Assembly: GCA_024346625.1 (NCBI GenBank)
Contig: AP024664.1
Coordinates: 4,092,001 to 4,156,000 of the forward strand
Reading direction: 5' to 3'
Source of the DNA: Williopsis jadinii
Lineage: Eukaryota
Length of the DNA stretch: 64,000 bases
This document shows positions 44,015-54,375 of this stretch, piece by piece (within the stretch, counting starts at the first letter, position 1; each line of letters starts with the position of its first letter). The notes beneath the pieces are model-generated. The model saw only the letters and a list, made by a program, of their open reading frames with translations, was not told the DNA's origin and did not search any database. The position numbers were made by a program, and so were the translations under genes.

Positions 44015-44073
44015 GATGTTTACAAATCAATATAAATCTATATCAACAGTATAAAGCCATTGCTCAAGACCAT

Positions 44074-44778
44074 CTACAAGTTTGCTCTGCGTAGCTTCTG
44101 TGCCTTTGCAGCTTCTTCGCCTCTTTTGATGTCCTCTGCAACGAGTTGGTCAGCTTCAACTCTCTTTGGAATATACTCCGTGATCTTCTCAATCAATTGC
44201 TCGTCCTTTGGCACTTTGACAACACCGTTTTCATCTGCTATGAGGATATCCTCAGGGTTGATCGTTTCGTATTGTCCTTCACCAACAGTGACCTCAACTG
44301 GGACATTAATACCGACAACTTTCACCACTGGTCCTGGTGCTGCTGTGCCCAATCCATACGCAAACACTGGATAGCCCAAGTCTCTGTGCTCGTCAACGTC
44401 TCTGATTCTTGCAAAGATCACCGACCCCTTAGCTCCAAGGTACTGGGCTCGTGTACTCATCAATCCACCGTAAACGGCATTGTTCAACTTGACGTATGGC
44501 GCATGGGCACTCTGTAGTTCCTTTGACAGGGCAATCACGACGATTGAATCCTTTGGAAGGATATCGATATACTTGTCCTTGACTTCAGGTCTTGGATCGC
44601 TCTTTGGTGCGTATAGAACTGTGTAGGCCTTACCAACGGCACTGGAGCCCTGAGCATTCTTTGAGAAACGCTTTAAATTCGGTATGAACCCACCGGTTGG
44701 ATGCCCGAACTTGACGAGGGCATCGCTAACGTCACAAGGCGTGAACTTTTCAAGGAATTTGACAACGTTGTTTGACAT
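44074..44778 (-). CDS. RraA-like HMG aldolase / oxaloacetate decarboxylase (YER010C-like)
   Basis: CDVSDAL, VGKAYTV, YGGLMSTRAQYLGAKG, RIRDVDEH, ADENGVV. Confidence 0.85.
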   Translation of the reverse strand: MSNNVVKFLEKFTPCDVSDALVKFGHPTGGFIPNLKRFSKNAQGSSAVGKAYTVLYAPKSDPRPEVKDKYIDILPKDSIVVIALSKELQSAHAPYVKLNNAVYGGLMSTRAQYLGAKGSVIFARIRDVDEHRDLGYPVFAYGLGTAAPGPVVKVVGINVPVEVTVGEGQYETINPEDILIADENGVVKVPKDEQLIEKITEYIPKRVEADQLVAEDIKRGEEAAKAQKLRRANL

Positions 44779-45109
44779 TTGTGTGTGCTGAGAAGTTCAA
44801 TTGGGTGTTAATTGGCATGGTATTAGGGGGAAATAGAAAAGAAATTGACACCCTTTTAGACGTGATCGATGCTTCAAATGGATGGATGGAGCTTATGGGG
44901 TTCTTCCCCTACTAAACAAAGCTTCCCAAAGGGGTTATCTCCGAGGGCTCTGTAAAATCCGATGTTGTATTACGTAAGAACGTGTAGTGTTCGGGTGTTT
45001 TGGCTTGTAAGTTAAACGCTTTGCTCTTGATAATGACGGTGATGGACTTTGTTGTTATGTTAGCTGGTGAGTCCCTGTGAAGAGTGTGCCACGTCCTATT
45101 TGTGACTCC

Positions 45110-45781
45110 ATGAGTGCTGAAGAGAGATTATTGAAGCTGAAACAGCTTCAGAAGAAAAGAGCTGAAGCTGCGAGAGAGAACAGGCAAGAGCTGTTCAAAG
45201 AGCATCGAGAGAAGGCCATCGGGAAGGAGAAGCTACGACAACTTGAGGAGAAACAGGAGAGGAGCAGAGAGGAATTAGAAAAGATCAGAGCCCTTGAGCG
45301 AGGAGAAGACTACCAGAGGAGAAAGGCATGGGACTATACCATCGAGGAAAATGAAAAATGGGATGCGAAGTTGGAGATGAGAGCACAGAATAGGGAAAAC
45401 GCTGGGTTCAAGAACTATTCACAAATGGCTGAACAAGCGTATAACAAGGAGATATCACAGATCACGGTGGATAAAGACAGGTATAAGCTCCAGAAGGCTA
45501 AGGATGGACACGGCACAAGCGGGGTTGATTTCCACAATAAGCCTTCTAAGGAGGCCGTTGATACTCTTGTGAGCACGTTGAAGACTGGAGACTCTAGGAG
45601 AATGAAGAAAAAGAGCAAAGAAGAGGACGATACCGATAGTTATAGTGAGTACATTTACGCGATGTGTATCAAAGCTTTACGATGTTTAAGACAATACTAA
45701 CAAACGCCGCTAGTCAATATCAAAAACAAACAGTTCAACGAGAAGCTCAATCGTCATTATGATAAGCACATAAATAAGTGA
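45110..45781 (+). CDS. SYF2: Splicing factor Syf2; exons 45110-45644, 45714-45781
   Basis: AWDYTIEENEKW, AEQAYNKEI; splicing intron 45645-45713 (GTGAGT..TACTAAC..TAG) restores YINIKNKQFNEKLNRHY. Confidence 0.9.
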
Positions 45782-45808
45782 TGACTTTGTATTGGATTCT
45801 ATTAGAGG

Positions 45809-45826
45809 GTGGTGGTAGTAGTAGTG

Positions 45827-45859
<33 letters not shown>

Positions 45860-45860
45860 T
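45809..45860. repeat. (GTA/GTG)n trinucleotide microsatellite
   Basis: Directly visible. Confidence 0.95.
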
Positions 45861-46155
45861 TACCCTACCGTAGCTCTCGGAATCACCCGCGAATTTTCTC
45901 ACCGAACAAAATCCACCGGCGGCTAAACAAAAAAAACATCAACATCAACAAAAGCGAAAATAACAACAAACAACAGCTTGAACTCTTTCACCAACCCATT
46001 GTTGCTCCGTTTTCACCCTCTAACAGGAGAATTCTTGAATATTGTAATTAACCGCTACGTGCTTGTTGTTTTTAATTTGCAAGCGCCCTGCTCGATCGTG
46101 TTTTACACTTGTGGTTGATCTACTGGAGAAATTGGCAGAAGGCACAACGTAAACA

Positions 46156-49100
46156 ATGTCTGTTGATGACGAAGAACCAAAGATGCACCTTTCAGACGAG
46201 GGATCAGAAGGAGAAGGCGATGATTTGAGACCAGAGGCCTACGACTCTTCGGAGGAAGAGGAGGATGACGATGAAGAAGAGATCCAGAAGATCCGTGAAG
46301 GGTTTATCGTTGACGATGAGGACGACGAGGTTTCAACGCAGAAACGTAGAAAGAAACATAAGCGCCGCCATCAGGAGAAAGAGATTAAGGAACAGGACGA
46401 CGGCTTGTTAGATGAGGATGACTTGGACCTGTTGATGGAGAACACAGGCACTGCAAGGGATAAGTCTACAAGTAAGTTCAAACGTTTGAAAAAGGCTACA
46501 CCAGAAGAACAGCCTGAGAGATTGAAAGACTTGAACGATTTCTTTTCGGAAGATGAGGATATTGGTATGGAAGATGAACCTTCAACATCACGTAAAAGAG
46601 ATACAAACCGAGTTATGGATGAATTTGACGATTTCATCGAGGATGACGAGTTCTCAGATATGGATGAAGACGCCCGTGCAGCTGCTCGTGAAAGACGCCA
46701 ACAGGAGAGACTTAAACCTTTGGAAATTACAGGTATTGACTCTGAAAAAATTGACGAACTGTACGATATCTTTGGTGATGGTGAAGATTATGCATGGGCC
46801 TTGGAAGGCGAAGAGGAAGAAGGTGAATTCAAAGAAGATGAAGCCAGACCTCAACTTCAAGATATTTATGAACCTGAAGAATTGAAGGCAAGAATGTTGA
46901 CGGATAACGATAAGGTTATTCGGGATACTGATATTCCAGAACGTTTCCAGATGCTTCGTAAGGGTATCAAGAATTACGAATTGGAAGACGCCGATTTCGA
47001 ATACGAAAAAGAGTGGATTGCACACAGACTAAAAATTGAAACTCTCTACGGTTCGAATGACACAGTGGATGAAGAAGCCTTCAAACGGGCTGTAGGTGAT
47101 GTACTGACCTTTGTAACCAAAAACAATCTCGAGGTTCCATTCATCTACTCTCATCGTCGTGATCATCTGTTGAAAACAACCATTACTGGTGAAGGTGATC
47201 ATGCAGAAACAGTTGTTGTATCTCTGCTCGGTGAGAACGATCTGTGGAGAATTGTCCAGATGGATATTGAATTTCACGCTTTAATTGAAAAAAGAGACCA
47301 AATGAACATACTCATTTCCAAACTGGAATTGAATGATGAAGCAGTATCAGAGGCTGTTGGCGAAGCACGTTCAGTTACTGACTTACAAGACATCCATGAC
47401 TACATCTCATTCAAGTACAGTGCTCAACTGAAGGATTTGGGATTGAAGAAGAGCCATCACAAGTCAAACATTTACGATAAGATTAGAAAAGATAACTTGT
47501 ACGAGATTATTAAGAGTATTGGTATTACATCTTCAGAGTACGCTGAAAATATCACTGCAGAGACCAGGTTCTTCAACACAAAGGATTCAGAGAAAACACC
47601 AACGGAACTTGCAGAGACGATATGCTCTGAACCAGACTCTCTGTTCTTAAAAGCTTCTCAGGCATTAGAAGTAACGAAACGTTTCTTTGCTGAGGAATTG
47701 TTCACGAACTTGAAGGTCAGACGTTACTTTAGAAATCTCATGTCTGAATTATCCACAATCAATATTGAGCTTACAGAACAAGGACGTTTGAAAATCGATA
47801 AGAACAGTCCGTACGCAGATTTCAAGTACGCTATTAACCGTACTCATGATTCTATGTATTCCCAACCTGATCTTTTCCTCAGAATGTTAGAAGCTGAGTC
47901 GATGAACTTGGTTAAGATCAACTTGACAATCCCTGGTCAGAGTGGTCTCTTTGAGTCCGTCTTCAATTTACTAGCATCCGATGGTCAATCTGATTTGGCG
48001 AACGAATGGAACAACTATCGTCGTTCTGCATTAGAGATTGCTTTCAAAAAGTTGATTCCGTTGGTGGCTCTAAACGTGAAGGAAGATATACGCCGTGAAT
48101 GTGAGCGTTTGTTGTTCTTTGAAATCCGTGGTGTTTTCTTGAAGAAAATTGACTGTGCACCATTCCATGCGCCAGGTACAGAAATTGGTACGGTTCCAAA
48201 AGTTTTTGCTTTAACTCCAGGTAATGGTAAGTTTGGGTCTGATGCTGTTGTTGCAGCATGTTTGGATAAGTTTGGTAAGGTTGTACAAACTTTCAAGTTT
48301 AACGAAAATCCACGTATCTCTCCAGACAGATTAAGAGCGGGAGAAACAGCCTTTGAAGCGGTATTTGTTGAAGCAATTAGAGAAACACAACCAGACGTTA
48401 TTGCGATCAATGGATTCAACGTCAACACAAGTAAATTGTACAAGATCATCCAGGGTATCATCAGCAGTTATGGGTTGAAGAGTGGAGAGACCCAACACAG
48501 TTTGGAAATAATCTATGCCAACGATGAAGTTGCCATGAGATATCAAAATTCTCCAAGATCAATTGCCGAGTTCCCAGATAAACCAACTTTGGTTAGATAT
48601 GCTATTGGGCTTGCACGTTATGTTCAATCACCACTTTTGGAATATCTAAACTTGGGTGACGAAGTCACTGCATTGTCAATTCACAAACATCAAAGTTTAT
48701 TACCTGAGGAGAGATTTAAAAACGCTCTAGATACTGCATTTGTGGATATTGTCAATATGGTTGGTGTCGATATTAATAAGTGTGTTTCTGACTCATACTT
48801 GGCATCTTCTTTGCCGTTTATTGCTGGTCTTGGTGATCGTAAAGCATTTGGCCTGTTGAGGGCTGTACAACAGAATCCCCTTTTCAGTCGTCAAGCTTTA
48901 ATCACGAACGAAAACATTCGTATCGGTACAACTATCTTCTTGAACTGTGCCTCATTCTTACGTATTCCGCAATCTAAGAGCCGTGCTCTCAGATCTGAAG
49001 ATGAAGTTGAAGCCGTTACAGTTCTTGATGAAACAAGAATACATCCAGAGGATTATGCTCTTGCTGAGAAGATGGCTGCAGATGCTCTTGATCTTGATGA

Positions 49101-50316
49101 AGATCAAATTGAGGAGCTGAAAGATGCACCAGTTGGTGAAACTATTATTGATCGCCTGATGAATGCGCCAGAGGGCACTTCATTGTTGCAGAGTTTAGTG
49201 TTGGAGGATTATTCTAGACAACTGGAGGAAACTTATCATAAAAAGAAGAGAGCCACATTGCAAATGATATCCGAAGAATTACAGGATCCATATGCTGAAA
49301 TCAGGGGAAGCTTCAAATTGATGACCTCCGAACAGGTATTTGAATCACTTACTGGTGAATCTGCCAGCTCGCTTCACCGTGGTGTTGTCATTCCAATGCT
49401 CGTTATGCGCGTAAACGACTATCGTGTGACTGGTATGACACCAAGTTCTATAGATCTTAGTGCCAATGCTGATTTTGCTAGGGCTCCTCGTGATAGACGT
49501 CGTCTAGCCGAGATCTACCAACAGGGACAAACGATCCCAGCTTCCATCCAAACAATTGACTATGAAAACTTCACCGCTGAGGTTAGTCTCTTAGATAGAG
49601 ACGTTAAGAGCTCCATTGAACAGTTGAAATTTGACAAATCACCACAAATCTGGGACGTTGTCAAAGAGGAAGCAGATGACAATATCGAAAAGCGTAAACA
49701 GGAAGTTGCACAGAAGGGTACAAGGGTCATCAAGCATCCTCTGTTTCATAACTTCAATTCGGACCAAGCTCAAAACTTCCTTGCACCAAAGCTTCGTGGT
49801 GCTGCTGTTATTCGTCCATCTTCTAAAGGATTTGACCACATTGCCATAACTTGGAAAGTTGATAACAATCTGTACCAGCACATTGATGTTGTTGAACATG
49901 GAAAGGAGAATGACTATTCAATTGGTAAATACTTGACCATTGACAAGCACCGTTATACTGATCTTGACGAAATTCTCGAAACCTACGTTGGTGAGATTGT
50001 CAAACGTATCAACGAGATGGTTGACAACGACAAGTTCCGTTCTGGTACCAAAGATGAAGTTGTCGAATGGATCGAGAACTATTCCAAGGCAAATCCAAAG
50101 CGTGGTGTTTATGCATTCGCCTTCAACCATAAGAGACCTGGCTGGTTCCTGTTATTGTTCAAGACGGGACCTCAAAGCCAAATCTACACCTGGAATGTCA
50201 AGGCTGTTCCTGAAGGTTATGAGCTGAATACATATCCTTATCCAAACGTCCAGGCGCTGTGCAACGGGTTCAAGACACTGTTGAAGAACAGAAGCACACA
50301 GCCAAGCCACTACTGA
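46156..50316 (+). CDS. SPT6: Transcription elongation factor / histone chaperone Spt6
   Basis: Acidic N-terminus DSSEEEEDDD..REGFIVDD, DIPERFQ, TRIHPEDY, tandem SH2 region IRPSSKG. Confidence 0.97.
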   Translation: MSVDDEEPKMHLSDEGSEGEGDDLRPEAYDSSEEEEDDDEEEIQKIREGFIVDDEDDEVSTQKRRKKHKRRHQEKEIKEQDDGLLDEDDLDLLMENTGTARDKSTSKFKRLKKATPEEQPERLKDLNDFFSEDEDIGMEDEPSTSRKRDTNRVMDEFDDFIEDDEFSDMDEDARAAARERRQQERLKPLEITGIDSEKIDELYDIFGDGEDYAWALEGEEEEGEFKEDEARPQLQDIYEPEELKARMLTDNDKVIRDTDIPERFQMLRKGIKNYELEDADFEYEKEWIAHRLKIETLYGSNDTVDEEAFKRAVGDVLTFVTKNNLEVPFIYSHRRDHLLKTTITGEGDHAETVVVSLLGENDLWRIVQMDIEFHALIEKRDQMNILISKLELNDEAVSEAVGEARSVTDLQDIHDYISFKYSAQLKDLGLKKSHHKSNIYDKIRKDNLYEIIKSIGITSSEYAENITAETRFFNTKDSEKTPTELAETICSEPDSLFLKASQALEVTKRFFAEELFTNLKVRRYFRNLMSELSTINIELTEQGRLKIDKNSPYADFKYAINRTHDSMYSQPDLFLRMLEAESMNLVKINLTIPGQSGLFESVFNLLASDGQSDLANEWNNYRRSALEIAFKKLIPLVALNVKEDIRRECERLLFFEIRGVFLKKIDCAPFHAPGTEIGTVPKVFALTPGNGKFGSDAVVAACLDKFGKVVQTFKFNENPRISPDRLRAGETAFEAVFVEAIRETQPDVIAINGFNVNTSKLYKIIQGIISSYGLKSGETQHSLEIIYANDEVAMRYQNSPRSIAEFPDKPTLVRYAIGLARYVQSPLLEYLNLGDEVTALSIHKHQSLLPEERFKNALDTAFVDIVNMVGVDINKCVSDSYLASSLPFIAGLGDRKAFGLLRAVQQNPLFSRQALITNENIRIGTTIFLNCASFLRIPQSKSRALRSEDEVEAVTVLDETRIHPEDYALAEKMAADALDLDEDQIEELKDAPVGETIIDRLMNAPEGTSLLQSLVLEDYSRQLEETYHKKKRATLQMISEELQDPYAEIRGSFKLMTSEQVFESLTGESASSLHRGVVIPMLVMRVNDYRVTGMTPSSIDLSANADFARAPRDRRRLAEIYQQGQTIPASIQTIDYENFTAEVSLLDRDVKSSIEQLKFDKSPQIWDVVKEEADDNIEKRKQEVAQKGTRVIKHPLFHNFNSDQAQNFLAPKLRGAAVIRPSSKGFDHIAITWKVDNNLYQHIDVVEHGKENDYSIGKYLTIDKHRYTDLDEILETYVGEIVKRINEMVDNDKFRSGTKDEVVEWIENYSKANPKRGVYAFAFNHKRPGWFLLLFKTGPQSQIYTWNVKAVPEGYELNTYPYPNVQALCNGFKTLLKNRSTQPSHY

Positions 50317-50417
50317 AAATAAGAAACTGAAAAGAATTTGAATAAAAAAGAAGAATCTCTGTTATGTTATATGTTATATTACTGTTGGTGATTGATTGTA
50401 TAAGGCCAAAGAGAGCT

Positions 50418-50921
50418 CTATGCCAGTTCCTCCAAGTCTTGTTGAGACTTTGCAGATCTCTTCTGGAACTCCTTCTTATCCTCTCTCTGCTGATCTTGTT
50501 CATCCTCCTGGATCAGCTCATCGATATCGTAGTCGTAAGCATTCGGATCGTTGACCTCAGAGGGCTCGACCTTCTTGGCTGTTGTTCTTCTTCTCAAGTT
50601 GTGGACATCCTCGTTCTCCGTGGTTAACTGCAGTTTCAGAGGGATATCGTCCTTGCTGTAGTTCATCTTCTCCTTTAGCGCACCTATCGATACTTTGCTC
50701 TTGCTGTTCTTCTTCTTCTGAGACTCCTCGCGTCTCTGGAGCACATCTGGTGGCACATAGCCACCGCTGTACTGATCTTGTTCCTCCTCCAATGGCTCAT
50801 CCTCCACAACGGCTTTTCTGTGTGGTTGATACTTCACTTTCGTCAGCCCACTGACCTGTGGGAGTACAATCACCACGATGACCATAATGGCCATCGCTAG
50901 CAGTATGAATACAACAGCCAT
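50418..50921 (-). CDS. EXP1: Single-TM ER protein Exp1 (YDL121C-like)
   Basis: N-terminal TM, NDPNAYDYDIDELI motif; divergent from YFH1 as in S. cerevisiae. Confidence 0.65.
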   Translation of the reverse strand: MAVVFILLAMAIMVIVVIVLPQVSGLTKVKYQPHRKAVVEDEPLEEEQDQYSGGYVPPDVLQRREESQKKKNSKSKVSIGALKEKMNYSKDDIPLKLQLTTENEDVHNLRRRTTAKKVEPSEVNDPNAYDYDIDELIQEDEQDQQREDKKEFQKRSAKSQQDLEELA

Positions 50922-50974
50922 TGTCTTCTTTTCCTCGACTGGCTGTTGAAATGATGCTTGCTACAAAGTGAAAA

Positions 50975-51030
50975 GTTTTGATGTTTTGATGTTTTGATGT
51001 TGTGATGTTTTGATGTTGTGATGTTGTGAT
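50975..51030. repeat. 8-bp tandem repeat (GATGTTTT/GATGTTGT)n
   Basis: Directly visible in the EXP1-YFH1 divergent promoter. Confidence 0.85.
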
Positions 51031-51148
51031 ATCTTGGTGTTTGGGTTTTTCACTGATTTCTCGTGCCGGCTCGCTCTTCGCTTTGAGAGGCCTCGGCCAC
51101 TTCCGCAACCACCAAAGAACACGGAATATCAGCAAATTGGTAGGCAAA

Positions 51149-51679
51149 ATGCGCCCATTTGGTACTCGTTTGCTTAGAAGCCAAGTGCTGCAGAGCTTTG
51201 TGAGATGCTCAGGCACACGTTTCCCTGTTAGATGTGCTTCTACGTACCGTAAGCACCTTGTGTTGAGTGGAAAGCCACAGTGGGCCTTCAACATTAGAAC
51301 CTACTCCTCCACCACTGATGGACATGAAGTTCCACAGGAGATTGATTCTATGAGTATCAATGAGTACCATCACTTTGCTGATGAGTTCATGGAAGGGTTG
51401 CTGGATCAACTGGAGCTTCTTGGTGAAGAGTATCCCCAGATTGACGTTGAGTACTCTCAAGGCGTGATGACGCTGGAGATTGAGCCTCTTGGGACCTACG
51501 TCATCAATAAGCAGCCTCCGAACAAGCAGATATGGATCTCGTCTCCCGAGTCTGGACCTGATAGATTTGACAAGATTGGGGGTGAATGGGTCTCGCTCAG
51601 AACCGGTGAGATCTTGGCTACGCTGCTGGGTCGGGAAGTTGGAGAAACACTTGGTGAGGTTGTTCAATTCGAGTCATGA
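51149..51679 (+). CDS. YFH1: Mitochondrial frataxin
   Basis: Arg-rich presequence; GVMTL..GTYVINKQPPNKQIWISSPESGPDRFD. Confidence 0.95.
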   Translation: MRPFGTRLLRSQVLQSFVRCSGTRFPVRCASTYRKHLVLSGKPQWAFNIRTYSSTTDGHEVPQEIDSMSINEYHHFADEFMEGLLDQLELLGEEYPQIDVEYSQGVMTLEIEPLGTYVINKQPPNKQIWISSPESGPDRFDKIGGEWVSLRTGEILATLLGREVGETLGEVVQFES

Positions 51680-51711
51680 AGCTTTGTAATTAACTCTACA
51701 TATAGAACTAT

Positions 51712-52369
51712 TTATTTGGGCGTTGTTGTAGTTTTCCTGCTGTCTCTGTCTCTGTCTCTGTCTCTGTCTCTGTCTCTGTCTCTGTCTCTCTCCCTATGTC
51801 CATGTCTCTCCCTATGACTACGTCTATTCCCACTCTCTTGTCTCTTCATCAGCAGCAGAGGATCCTCGAACTCATCTTCTTTAACGTCCCGTTCCTCCTC
51901 CACTTCATCCTCCTCACTGGCCATGTCGTTCGACAACTCTTCAGCCAGCAACCTCTCATACTCTTCATCAACATCCTTCTCCTCGTAAAAGGCATGGTCC
52001 ACTCGAATGGTCCGACCCAACACTTTTGCACCGTTCAAATTGTCAACAGCTAACACAGTGCTCAATTGATCCTCATACTTCAGCCATCCAAATCCCCTGG
52101 ACTTGCCACTTTCTTTATCCCTTACCAACTTCATATGAACAGGAATCCCATACTGGCTAAATATCACCAGCACGTCACCTTCGCTGAGTTCATAGGGCAG
52201 CCCACCGAAGTTGATATACGCAGAGTCCTTGTACTGTTGGTGCCATGAAGCACTGAACGGTATCGACCTTTGCAACTCTTCCTCGTTCAGCCGAGAGATC
52301 TGTCTGATTTGACTAGATATGAGTTAGTAATCAGTCATGTGCAATACCAATTGGAAGTACTCACTTCAT
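51712..52369 (-). CDS. IST3: RES-complex RRM protein Ist3/Snu17; intron 52364-52313
   Basis: Spliced start ATG AA|T gives MNQIRQISRLNEEELQ; SWHQQYKDSAYI, LSEGDVL, YEDQLSTVLAVDNLNG; RD-repeat tail. Confidence 0.92.
51742..51790. repeat. (TCTCTG)n hexamer encoding the Arg-Asp tail of Ist3
   Basis: Directly visible. Confidence 0.9.
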
Positions 52370-52545
52370 TGTGTAATCAGGGCTCAATTGTAGTGGAAGT
52401 GAATGATGAGAAAGCGTAGAGAAAAAATAATTATAACAAATTATAATATAGCGTAATATAATTATAACCTTAATTTTCCTAATCGGAATACATTTCCGTT
52501 TTAGGGAGCGCATCGTCGGAATTCGCTCTCACACGTTCGAGAACG

Positions 52546-52573
52546 GAAAATTTTTTGTATTGAACCTCATCGC
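52546..52573. promoter_or_regulatory. RRPE + PAC upstream of UTP8
   Basis: GAAAATTTTTT and CTCATCGC. Confidence 0.65.
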
Positions 52574-52649
52574 CTAAAGAACTTGTTTAATACTCGTTGA
52601 ATTCGCTGCTTAATTTACCATTAGTTGAGACATAGAACACATTACAAGG

Positions 52650-54356
52650 ATGTCTCTGTCGCAGTTATACGCTCTTGCGAAGTTTCCTCGAGTTTCAAAC
52701 GTTTGCTCCCGTGCAAAAGTTGCTACGCAAACAGATGACGACAACTTATACATTGCCATATCAGGTGCTTCATTATCACACTACGTGCTGAAGCCGAGTC
52801 CAAAGCTGGTGTGGTCCCACTCTTTCCCTCCAAGTTTTGAGATAAACTCGCTGGTGAAGTTTCAGGGTCGCTATATCGTGGGTGTCTGGAATAAGAATAC
52901 AAGAACACATATCATCCAGGTGATCTCTGCCTTGGAGACTGGCTCAGAGGTGGAGAGAGAATGGACTGTCGATTCTAAGGTTATCAACTTATCTCACGTT
53001 GCAGATGAACTAGTCGTGTCTACGGAATCATCCACTGTGTGCTATTCTGGTGCTGATTTCAAGAAGAAATGGGCTGTGGATTCGTTGTACAAGATTGTGT
53101 TCCAAACCATTGTTGAGTCAGATGTCATCTTACAAGTTGAACATAACGATGATCCTTCACAGGAGATTTTACACTTGAGATTGATCTCATCAGCAGAAGG
53201 CCTTGAATTGTCTTCGAAGATCACTGAATTGTCAACGCATTTGGCCAATTTGACATTTGCACACGCGAATGGTTATCTTATCCAATTTGCTAATGGTGGA
53301 TTCACAACATATTCACTGCCACATTTCCAAACTGTTTCTCAACTGTCATTATCGCAATTGAACATTGAACTGCCTTCATCCGCATTCACGCTGAAGTTCG
53401 AATCGCCATCAAAGGATAGGATCCTTCTAACTGTTGGGCACGATATTTACTTGATCAACATGAAATTCGGTATAGTGATATCTCATATCCATTTCAAGAA
53501 ATCTGACTTAGAACTGCTCTTTGTCCAATCGCAAAGGAACCAACGCCAAAAGCAGCTCTTTGGTGTTGTGCTGAAGGAGAGTGAACTTTCAGGTGTTACA
53601 TTCACCTTGGATTCGAACACTTTGAAGGACTCACTGGGTAAGAAAGCATCAGCTCAACCATCATCCGTCTACAGATCTGTTCCTTCAATCCTCGACATTA
53701 AACAAGAGGACATTGACGTCGAAGCTCTGCTCAACTCGAAGGACCTTGATTCCAGCCTCTTAACATTCATGGAGGCGAGAAACGACTATTACACAGAAGA
53801 CGATAAAGTCATTGAGTCTAAAGTGATGAACGTGATCGTCAAACACGTCCTGGACTCACCACAGCTTCCAGAAAGATCAATGACTTATCTATTGACACAT
53901 CCTTTGTTCCCAACTGTAAAGGACCTCTTGGCTAGATTAAGATCTAAACCTCGTCTGTTGAGACAAGCCATCGTCACAGGAAATGTCTCCGTTAATGAAC
54001 TCATCAATGAACTGAACACAACTGAAAACGAAGAGATCTTCAAAGACATCATCACAAGACTCTTGGAGTTCCCAAAGGAAAAACTGGACTTTAAAGACTT
54101 GGACAGTTTCAAAATCGTTGAGCGTATTATCCAGTTGAACTTTGGCTATGAACTCATCTCATTGTTGATTGATGCATCTGGTTTGTTCACTTGGAATGAA
54201 GAGCTGATTGATAAACTGCAGTCAGTCTTGACGAGAAAGATCGACGCTTTGAACTCAGCATCAAACCTATATGCTGTTGTTGGTGAAATACAGGCAAATA
54301 ACTTGAAGACAGTCACAAGAGTTCCAGTTTACTCCATTGAAAGATTATCCATATAA
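52650..54356 (+). CDS. UTP8: U3 snoRNP protein Utp8-like
   Basis: MSLSQLYALAKFPRV, HYVLKPSPKLVWS, YLLTHPLFP, PRLLRQAIVT, PVYSIERL; ribi promoter. Confidence 0.8.
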   Translation: MSLSQLYALAKFPRVSNVCSRAKVATQTDDDNLYIAISGASLSHYVLKPSPKLVWSHSFPPSFEINSLVKFQGRYIVGVWNKNTRTHIIQVISALETGSEVEREWTVDSKVINLSHVADELVVSTESSTVCYSGADFKKKWAVDSLYKIVFQTIVESDVILQVEHNDDPSQEILHLRLISSAEGLELSSKITELSTHLANLTFAHANGYLIQFANGGFTTYSLPHFQTVSQLSLSQLNIELPSSAFTLKFESPSKDRILLTVGHDIYLINMKFGIVISHIHFKKSDLELLFVQSQRNQRQKQLFGVVLKESELSGVTFTLDSNTLKDSLGKKASAQPSSVYRSVPSILDIKQEDIDVEALLNSKDLDSSLLTFMEARNDYYTEDDKVIESKVMNVIVKHVLDSPQLPERSMTYLLTHPLFPTVKDLLARLRSKPRLLRQAIVTGNVSVNELINELNTTENEEIFKDIITRLLEFPKEKLDFKDLDSFKIVERIIQLNFGYELISLLIDASGLFTWNEELIDKLQSVLTRKIDALNSASNLYAVVGEIQANNLKTVTRVPVYSIERLSI

Positions 54357-54375
54357 CAAGGTTGGGTTCATGTCT

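Noticed and set aside
45809..46051. Poly-Val ORF
   Set aside because: Translation of a GTA microsatellite
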